Shown here in pieces: positions 48,701 to 56,640 of a stretch of DNA of 56,640 nt. Location: assembly GCA_036867785.1 (NCBI GenBank), contig CP145409.1:2046001-2102640 (forward strand), written 5' to 3'. The first letter of the stretch is position 1; every line of letters starts with the position of its first letter. A program made the position numbers and the translations under genes. The DNA is from Plasmodiophora brassicae. Taxonomy: Eukaryota. A model generated the notes under the pieces. The model was not told where the DNA came from, did no database searches, and saw nothing but the letters and a program-made list of their open reading frames with translations.

Positions 48701-50200
48701 AGTTGTTCGCCCTCGACATGCGCACGCCGCCCTGCCACCGACGACGTCCCGACACCATCCCTGCCGGCATATTGCCACAACCAGAACCGTTCAATACAAT
48801 CCAATGAGGTCGAAGTCGCGCGCAGCACCGGCACTCAACGGCAGGAGATCGCTGACATCCGTGCAGGACGCATCACCCTTTGCAGATCGAGGACACCAGC
48901 CTCGCGCCTACCTGCGTGTCAACCTCCGGTCAGACCAGCTGAGCAGTGCAGTCATACCAGGCATCGCAGCACACATGTGGTACAGTTGATCGTGGCAGAT
49001 TCCCAGCAACGCCTCGCATCCAGTGACCCAGTTTGCAGACGTTCTCGCCAGGCCGTAGGCCAGGTCGTAGTCGACTGGTTGTGCGGAACGACATCGATCG
49101 CGAACGAGTCGCTTGCGATTGTGCCGATGTGTGCGATATATATACATTGTGTCGAGTCCATACATGAGCCTGATACGGGGACTGTATTCAACCATCGCAT
49201 GACGGCGGACGCCGGTCAAGAACCTGAAGGAGGCGCCGGCTCCGTTGTGCGCCGTCGGCGCGACCGATCACAAGTCATCGCTGCGGGTCGCGAACGCCGG
49301 CCACTGCATTGTCGTGCACGGCCGACCGACATGCCGTTGTGGTTCGGCGTCGCAAATCGCCTATCATCCACGTCCAGACGCGCCTGCCCGCGCCCGCGCC
49401 GACCAGCGACGCGGGACGACGCACCCACTACAAGAACAACACGTCCTGCAGGAAAGCCTATCGACGCGCCCGAGTCGTCTGGGAGAAGGTCCTGCACCGC
49501 CGTGACAGGTGCAATTCGTCGTCTGACGCACAGAGCCAGGCCCCCCTCTAACCCGTGCTTGACAGGACGCGCCTCCTTCTGTCTGCGGCCCCACATGCAG
49601 CGCCAGCAAACGATCTGTATCTCCAAGAGAAGAACGTGTCGTTGCATTTCGCACTTGCGCCCAGGCACAACATGCTTTGGATACATATGACCTCAACATC
49701 TCCCGCCTTTCCACCATGAACGCGAGCAGGGCAGCAGTCCTCCCTGCCGACATATATAGACTGCTAATGGAAGCGTCGTGCTGACCTGATCCGCAGCTGA
49801 GCGGCGCCCTGCAGGCCCGCCCTCGGATGACAGCAATCGCTCGCGCGCGCCGCTCCAAGCACTGAGAGGGCAGACCCACCAAGCACACGTGGCCGTCGCC
49901 TCGACATGTGGGGATGCCTGCCTCGCGTCGATGAACCGCCGCCCTCCTTGCTGAAATATCGCAGCAATCCGAAGCGCCCAGTGCAAGAATATTAGGTCGA
50001 CACGCGCGTCCGCCGACTCAGCATGACGTCGTCCTGCCGTCTGCCGAAGACGGCGCTGGGTGCGGCGCCCGTCGCAGGACGTACATCGGTGTCGCGATCG
50101 GCAGACCAGCCAAGGGTGTTGCCGACCTCGCCAACAGCATAGAATGCGTCTCTTCCCTGTCCTGCAGGTCGTCCTGCAGAACAGCGACGTCTAGCGCCGC
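45780..50200 (+). pseudogene. Array of decayed paralogous gene modules (subtelomeric repeat family)
   Basis: Motif CxVxxGRPxxxC at ~45813, ~47347 and ~49305. RVW/C(E)xxLHLxDR-like motif at ~46030, ~47535, ~48345 and ~49475. AACCAGAAC(C/A)GTTC at ~46772, ~47961 and ~48779. TCCTGCAGGTCGTCC at ~47856 and ~50160. Confidence 0.6.
46569..46591 (+). repeat. Poly-G tract (G23)
   Basis: Uninterrupted run of 23 G. Confidence 0.9.
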
Positions 50201-50336
50201 CTGCTGTGGACGACCCCAGCGACATAGTCTGCCGACACCGATGTACGTCCTGCGACGGGCGCCGCACCCAGCGCCGTCTTCGGCAGACGGCAGGACGACG
50301 TCATGCTGAGTCGGCGGACGCGCGTGTCGATCTAAT
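49991..50336. repeat. Inverted repeat with 104-bp arms (1 mismatch) and 138-nt spacer; fold-back/MITE-like
   Basis: 49991..50094 is the reverse complement of 50233..50336 except at one position. Confidence 0.92.
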
Positions 50337-50567
50337 GCAGCAGCTGGCCTATACTCGTGCACACCAGCCCCGCAAGTCGCCCTGGCCGCAGCCCGCTCGC
50401 AGCGGCAGCAATCGCTGGAGTCGACAAAGGGCGAGGAGCCAGTCGTCGTTCCGGGCCACCGGGTTTGCAGCTCCGTCTGCGATACGACCACGCCAGACCC
50501 TGACCAGACGAGAAAAACGGAATGTCGTGCATTGGAGCACGCAAGTAGGACCGAATGCCACGCCTGG

Positions 50568-50654
50568 TTTATGCAACTTGACGGCATTGACACACCGCGC
50601 AGCGCGTTGCTTGATCAAGCAACGCGCTGTGTCAACGCCGTCAATTTGCATAAA
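50568..50654. repeat. Palindrome with a perfect, spacer-less 30-bp core
   Basis: Core CAGCGCGTTGCTTGATCAAGCAACGCGCTG at 50600..50629. Outer arms TTTATGCAACTTGACGGCATTGACA / TGTCAACGCCGTCAATTTGCATAAA have 2 mismatches and a one-sided bulge. Confidence 0.9.
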
Positions 50655-50719
50655 TGCACCCCGCTGTCAGGGCTGATCCGACCTTGGTGCCCGGTCCGAA
50701 ATCGGTTGGAAGGGCCGCA

Positions 50720-51180
50720 TGTGCAAGTCGCCAAATCTGCGAGTGGTTGTCATTGCCAGCGCCCCAGCAGGGAACATGTTCGGCGCTACAACGAGCCCAC
50801 GGCCCCGAAGTTCGATGCTGTCGTTCCCGATGCAGACAATGTCGACGGGCGCGCTTGACAAGGGACGCAACTTGGTGCTATGTACATGTACGTGGTGGTG
50901 GACTGCGCTTCGTTAAGGAGACACACCCGCTGTACAACGCCCTTTCCTATCTGATTATGGTTTGGCACGGTCGCGAAGGCTAGCCTATCACATTCAAGCA
51001 AGACACGGGCGTCACGTTGAAGGCGCACACGCAGTACCTCTCCAGCAACGCGACATTGGCGACAACGTCCTCATTAATTCGGTGTGGTAAGCTGTTTCCA
51101 CAGTCGTGGTGCATCAGTATCTTCGCATCGAGCGGCAGAACCTGCTGTAAGTTCGTCAGAACCAGGACACCAAGCTACGA
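50720..51180 (+). mobile_element. Degenerate Helitron Rep/helicase fragment (region N-terminal to the Rep motifs)
   Basis: Across frameshifts it reads EHVRRYNEPTAP..RNLVL..RGGGLRFVKETHPLYNALSYLIMVWHGREG*..VTLKAHTQY..LIRCGKLFPQ..VVHQYLRIERQNLL*VRQNQ. This follows the order of the Helitron consensus as recalled: RRYNxPT..RDIV..GGLxRIxExHPxYDxLxYPLLFxxGExGW..GRLFQQ..VDxYxxIExxRLxxIRxNQ. Confidence 0.75.
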
Positions 51181-51751
51181 CGTGGTTCTTCGCTGTGCTG
51201 GTCGCCGCACGATAGGCCAGCAACCCTGCAACAGTACTTACCCCTGACCTTCCAATATACATCTCCTTTCCGATGAAGTTAAATCCTCACTCGCCGTTCA
51301 TCCTCTCTTTCGACGCCACAAGCACTCTCCCGCCCCTCGGCACCAGCATATTCGTGCGGCAGACGATAACGGATCGATCGGGCGACGCATCATCCTTCGG
51401 TCAACGTGCCGTCGTCGGGGGCGACGACCCAAATGCGGCGTGAAGGTTGGCTGGCGCCGGCGCCGTACGCCACCAACAGACGATAATGCTGGCGTACCAG
51501 ACCTCCGCCGACATGCCCATCTTCGCATGCGGGCGGAAAGGCCTTCTCGGTGGAGTAAGTTCACTGTATGTATTGTCGACAATCGTGCCATGCTCAGGCA
51601 GTCGCCTTCTCGCGCCAACAACATCTGGCAGAGCCCCATCTGTGGTCGGCCGACGGGCCATCATCGTCATCGACCAACAACCTGCATGTCCGGCCTTGGC
51701 GACCGATACCGACATGCGCTTGGCCATGATGGCGACCTGAGGTGCCTGAGT

Positions 51752-51805
51752 GGTGGCCTCGGAGCGCCGGTGGCCTCGGAGCGCCAGACTGGTGGCCTCG
51801 GAGCG
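51752..51805 (+). repeat. Three direct copies of GGTGGCCTCGGAGCG(CC) upstream of the kinase gene
   Basis: Copies start at 51752, 51769 and 51791. The array ends 83 bp before ATG 51889. Confidence 0.85.
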
Positions 51806-51888
51806 ACGCTCACAGTCACAAGTCACAACCTTCTCTGGCCAGGTCTGTCCACACGGACTTTCATTCCAGTTTGACGTGGGCGGCCATC

Positions 51889-53032
51889 ATGTCGCAGTCT
51901 CTGGAGGAGCTCTTCAGGCAGGCGCACGTCGACGCCGCGGCCGCGAACAGGGCCGTCAGGGAGGCGCGGGACGCCAACCTCGATGACCCGCGCCTGCCCG
52001 ACATGGAGCGCGACGCCGACCGCGCCGGTGCTGCCCGCGACGCTGCCCTGGCCGCCCTCCAGGCCGTTCGCCCGGTCGGTACGTAGACCGGCTACACGCC
52101 ATTTCCGCCCGTTTTGCTAAATCCAGTGTATAGACGAGAGCATTCGCGATCGCCTGCGACGGCTCAACGTCCGGGTCACAACCAGAGACCTTAATTTCTT
52201 AATTGACAAGGACGTTGCCGCATATGGCGAGCTGCGCCATGCGAATCGGAACGAGGCCGAGCGAATCCTAACCAAGGCGCGGTCTCAATTCATCACGACG
52301 GACCGTTTCTACATTGGCGAAACGCACGGGTTCATTTTGGACGGCGTGCTCCCAGTCGCTGGCCAAGCGAAGTCTTGGTTGTTCTATGCGTACGGAACCG
52401 GCGATGGCGTCGTGCGGGTCGCAAAGCGGTATTCCGTGGCGGCTCAGGAAGACTATGAGCGTGAGGTCAAGGCAGCCGAGACGATCGGGCAGCATGCAAG
52501 CATCGTGCAGGTTGAGGCATCGTTTTGCCACAACGGCTTCGGCTATATCATTATGCCGTTTTTTCCACGAAGTGCATCGGATCTCCTGTCGGTGTGCAAA
52601 CCTCCAGCCACTGTTCCACGCTCTATAACCCGCTCCATTGGCGAAGCTGTCGCCAATGCGCTTCTGTTTATGCACGAGAAGAACATTTGCCACTGTGATG
52701 TGAAACCAGCCAACATCATGCTCACCGACCATCGTGAAATGCTTCCGGTTCTTGTTGACCTCGGATCCGCCGTTCGCAGTGGCGATGCCTTGGTCGAACA
52801 GACCGTGTCATTCGCCCTGGACTTCCAGACGCCACATGCCGTGCCGGGGCTCGATTGGACGTGCTTGGGAAGCACTATCTGCATGTTACTCGGCCTGGAG
52901 ATTCAAGACGCCACCCGGCGTTCCATGGTCGATATGCTCCGCTTCATTAAGGACCCGGCCGCTGATCTGGCCATCAAATGTTTGGAGAACAACGTTGCCC
53001 GCCTGCGTCAAAATGTCGCGCCGCCGCCCTGA
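51889..53032 (+). CDS. Atypical non-RD protein kinase with helical N-terminal header; 2 exons
   Basis: Intron 52079..52133 (GTACGT..GCTAA..TAG) joins the exons in frame. Motifs VRVAK, YEREV, YIIMPF, HCDVKPANIML and VLVDLGSA. Confidence 0.85.
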
Positions 53033-53051
53033 ACAAAACGGCTGTCCCTGA

Positions 53052-53104
53052 AGCCGTCGCCGCCGTGCAACGCAGTGTTATTGCGTTGCACGGCGGCGAC
53101 GGCT
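53052..53104. repeat. Perfect 23-bp GC-rich stem-loop (7-nt loop)
   Basis: AGCCGTCGCCGCCGTGCAACGCA-GTGTTAT-TGCGTTGCACGGCGGCGACGGCT, starting 20 bp after the kinase stop. Confidence 0.95.
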
Positions 53105-53342
53105 GAGTTACGGGTGTCAACAGGCTGTCCGATACCTTTAGGGACTTCTGTAATGTATTATGAATACATGGCTAATGCGTCTGAGGGGAAATTGTTTCTC
53201 TTCCCGCGGGATGACACCCCCGATTGATCCCGCGGGACGAAAAATGCCATTCGTCCCGCGAGCTGCTGCTTTACTGCGGGTGCCCGCGTTCGCTGTCCGT
53301 GAGTCCGTGACCCAGCGCTGCGCATTTCTGAGCTGTGTGTGG

Positions 53343-56047
53343 ATGGCGAGCATTGATCTGGTTGAGATTGAGATGGCGAGCGTTGACGAGGCCGCCCAAG
53401 CGTTTCCGGATCTACCGGAGATTGAGATTGGCGATGATGACGGCGACACCGGTCAAGATTCTGTCTGTGGCGTCCCTGCTCCGGGGATGGAGTTTGAAAC
53501 CCAACTCGAACTGAAGAATTTCATCGAAGGGTTCGCCAAGAGGACTGGGTGCCGTGTAAGTCTATCCAACCGTGAATTGAAGTACCATTATTTTGACATT
53601 TTTCACAGGTCATCATAAAGTTCAAAACGTTCGCCAAGGCATCTCGCTCTGTAGAGTTGTTCGGACACGAAGGAGCCTGGGCGCGTGGTTCGTTATTTCG
53701 TTCCTTCACTGCGTTGTTGGTTCCTACTCATAAGCCATCGTCAGGTGATGGATACTGCAACTTTAAGACCGAGTCGGAGAAAGCTGATCGGTCAGTGAAG
53801 TCGTCGTGTTCGTTGAACATTCCGTTCACGTACGATGTTGGACGACGGCAATACGTCATTAAGGGGGACAGATTCTGTCTGTCCCACAACCACCTTGTGA
53901 TGATCCCATCTCCAACGACAGTAATTGTCAATGACCAACGGGATTTGACTCCTGACCAGTTGTCGTACATAATTAACCTGGGCAAGTATTCCCTTCCGTT
54001 TCCAATGGTAAATGGGGATTACGAGCTCCTTTCCGTGTATAACTATGTTACAGGTCACACGCATGCTGTCCGATCAATTTCCAGACTGCAGAATTCAGAA
54101 GCCATTATTGCACCGTCTTCTGCGGAAGGGGAAACTGCAGGCGTTCGGCGGCGATCGTGATGCTATGAACGCCCTTATCAACCTGGGACGAAGCTACGAA
54201 GAACACGGAGGTTTCTTTGAAATCGACATCGATGTCGATTGTCGATTGGAAAAAATCTGGCTAGCGCGCGCTGAAGGGCTTCAGTTCGCGTCTGTGTACA
54301 ACGACGTTGTACAAATCGACGGCGGCGCGAAGATGAACGCGTACGGCTTTGTGTTCCTTCCGGTCACCGTTATCGATTGCCTTGGTACGTTTGTCGTGCT
54401 GTGATCAATATCTTTGCGTGACCGCAATGGGTAATAGGCAAGTCGTATGTGGTTGGCGCGATGGCTGGGCCCTCCGCTGAAAACAAAGCGGACGTCGTGA
54501 AGACGCTAGAATACTTTAGGGTGAAACGAAGCGAGTCTGTTCTGATCGCCGACGATGCTCTAGCATTTCGGGCAGCTGCCGTGGAATGCGATATGGTGTA
54601 CCACCAATGCACCAAGCATTATCAGGCGAAGATAGCTCGCGCCTGTGCAGGTAATTAGTTTCTGCGACTCTCGTACTGCCGTTATCGAATTCTTAGACAA
54701 CATCATTATAGGGCTTGGCCACGAGGGGAAGGAGTTCATGATCAAGGCGAACACGCTAGTTTATCACATATTTCCGTCCGAAGACGCGTTCTTCGCGAAG
54801 GCGGACGAGTATCGCCTCATGTTTCTACAGTACGGTGGAGCCGTGAAACTCTTCGACGACATTGTTGACAAGAGACAACAACTTTGTCGTACATTCACCA
54901 GTTGTAAGTTTACCGGATCACACTCGTCAAACCAGCGGGCAGAAGGCACGATCAGCCGTACCAAACGCGATGTGCAGCCGTGGCTCTCACGCGCGAACTT
55001 ATTCGAGATGTTTACGCATCTGGAAATGATACAGAAACAACAGGAGGACGAGGCGGCAAGACTATTGTCTAACCTTATTCGCAAGGGCAAGCATTGGAGC
55101 GACTACGTTGACAGCATTTTTCGAGAGAGACAGCTCAATTCGCGCCTTCTCAGTTCAGTTAGGGAGGTGGATACAGGTGAGAGTCTATACTGCATTCAGT
55201 TTGGGGTTTACCTACAGTGACATCTGTTTAGGGGAGTACGAAGTGGGAACCTCTGACCAGCCGGATCGACACCACGTAATGCTCGGCGATGTATCCCTTG
55301 GCAACATTCCATCTTGCACGTGCCCCGAGTTCAGGTTAGGTACAGTCTTTGCGTTGTGCTTCATATCTTCCTGATTATTCTCGTAGGTCTACACTAATTC
55401 CGTGTAGCGGCATTTGTGCTGTCTTCAATCGCACGCAAGATGATATCTTCAGTTTGCAGTACGTCCACCGCCGATGGTGGCTTCGCCTTCATCCACAATA
55501 CGAGGCAGTGAGGCGGAACCTTCGCGTCCCTGACGCGCCGGCAGCCGGTGGAGATCATGCAATGCTTCCAGAACGTGACGCTTCGTGCGACAGTATCGTG
55601 GTTGATGAACCAGCAGTGTCAGTTCGTGCATCCCAGGACGATATTTATCACCGAGTCGTCTACCCGTCGAAACAGGAGGTTCGGTATCGAAAACTCACCG
55701 AGGCATTTGGGCGTTTGGTTCATGATGCCCGATCCAACGAGCACTTGTATCGGCGCTTGATGTCCACGTTTGCCTCCTTGCAAACCGAGTTTCAGTCGCA
55801 TCTTGCTGGCGCTCGACACGCAGCGGATCCTCAAGAAGCTCACGTTGCCGTTCGTCCTCCGTTGCGGCAGGGGGCAATGCGTGGCCGACTGCCTGATCGT
55901 GTTCAACGCACGTCTCGACTTGACGCCCGTTCTGCAACGGACAGGCAGGCCGCCAAGTGTCATGCGTGTCTGCGAAATGGCGTCACCGCAACAGATCATC
56001 GTTCAGGGCGCAAATGTCCGTTTTACGATAGTCGTCAGCAAGGTTAG
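53343..56047 (+). mobile_element. Mutator/MULE (FAR1-like) DDE transposase gene with about 7 short introns, SWIM-like finger and C-terminal Zn knuckle
   Basis: PGMEFET..FAKRTG and C..C..HNH DNA-binding domain. Catalytic YNDVVQIDG, LIADD, CTKH (CxxH) and SNQRAEG. SWIM-like SCTCPEF..IPCSGIC and C-terminal CHAC..H..C. Introns at 53556..53608, ~53688, ~54008, ~54386, ~54651, ~55177 and ~55335. Confidence 0.88.
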
Positions 56048-56323
56048 CTTACTTCGTGGTTAACGTTCCCCCTGCCTGTTGACGCGACCTGAATACAGAT
56101 CACGGAGCGGAGGAGGATGTGTCCAACAACGATGGTGCATTGGCTGAAACCGAAAGTTCGCCACGCGGAGATCACGTTCTTCATCGCCAGCACGACCATG
56201 GTTAGTACATCGTTGATGGGCTGTTTACACATGTCTGATCAGTCACCCGGCCGCTAGAGTCTGTGTTTTCTGTCATCTGGTACGCTACACAAATAATGAG
56301 GTACCAGCTGCTGCGTCGTAACT

Positions 56324-56640
56324 GGGTTTTAGGGTTTTATAGGGGTTTTTTTAGGGTTTAGGGTTTTAGGGTTTTAGGGCTTAGGGTTTTTAGGGTTTTT
56401 TTTAGGGTTTAGGGTTTTAGGGTTTTTAGGGTTTTTAGGGCTTAGGGGCTTTAGGGTTTTAGGGTTTTAGGGTTTTAGGGTTTTAGGGTTTTAGGGTTTT
56501 AGGGTTTTAGGGTTTTAGGGTTTTAGGGTTTTAGGGTTTTAGGGTTTTAGGGTTTTAGGGTTTTAGGGTTTTAGGGTTTTAGGGTTTTAGGGTTTTAGGG
56601 TTTTAGGGTTTTAGGGTTTTAGGGTTTTAGGGTTTTAGGG
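56324..56640 (+). repeat. Telomere (TTTTAGGG)n with degenerate proximal zone
   Basis: 23 perfect TTTTAGGG units at 56457..56640. Variant units (T3-T8 AGGG, CTTAGGG, CTTTAGGG) at 56324..56456. The G-rich strand runs to the window end. Confidence 0.98.

Noticed and set aside
48434-49690. 418-aa ORF in the subtelomere
   Set aside because: No ATG start or recognisable domain. It crosses decayed modules whose conserved motifs lie mostly in other frames.
51500-51530. RHAH as a Helitron HUH motif
   Set aside because: It lacks the EFQxRGxPHxH context and the intervening conserved Rep motifs.
51752-51805. CRISPR-like array
   Set aside because: The repeats are adjacent or 5 bp apart with no unique spacers, there are no cas genes, and the context is eukaryotic.
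53052-53104. Rho-independent terminator or canonical Helitron 3' end
   Set aside because: The locus is eukaryotic, there is no U-tract, and no CTRR lies shortly after the stem on either strand.
53105-56323. Terminal inverted repeats for the MULE element
   Set aside because: Only short matches were found (GTCAACAGGC near 53116 versus its complement near 56074, and AGTTACG). They are too short and inconsistently placed to call TIRs.
1-56640. tRNA, rRNA or telomerase RNA genes
   Set aside because: None recognisable by eye. tRNAscan-SE and Infernal would be needed to exclude them.

Overview
This is the right-hand end of a eukaryotic chromosome, finishing in a (TTTTAGGG)n telomere. The 8-mer repeat, GC-rich coding DNA, 50-65-nt GT-AG introns and secreted Skp1/ankyrin-type gene suggest the clubroot protist Plasmodiophora brassicae or a close phytomyxid (inference, no search run). 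Bases 1-40.1 kb are a very compact gene-rich arm: bZIP factor, TPR-GT61, secreted U-box protein, TPR protein, 3x cNMP-binding+RGS protein, MKP1-like phosphatase, secreted Skp1/BTB-ankyrin protein, LamG/SUEL surface lectin, S53 peptidase, AMMECR1, RasGEF, two tandem membrane-anchored GH20 hexosaminidases, VPS37, PH-MORN-SAM protein, holocytochrome c synthase and SHMT. Bases 40.1-56.3 kb are a subtelomere. It holds decayed multicopy gene modules, five separate fold-back structures (one a ~1.7-kb gene-derived palindrome carrying a solo LTR with a 4-bp target-site duplication), a Helitron relic, an intact atypical kinase gene, and an intact intron-containing MULE transposase that points into the telomere and stops 276 bp before it. 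The strongest novelty candidates are the terminal kinase-hairpin-MULE-telomere cassette and the cluster of hairpins. All exon boundaries and family calls were made by eye.
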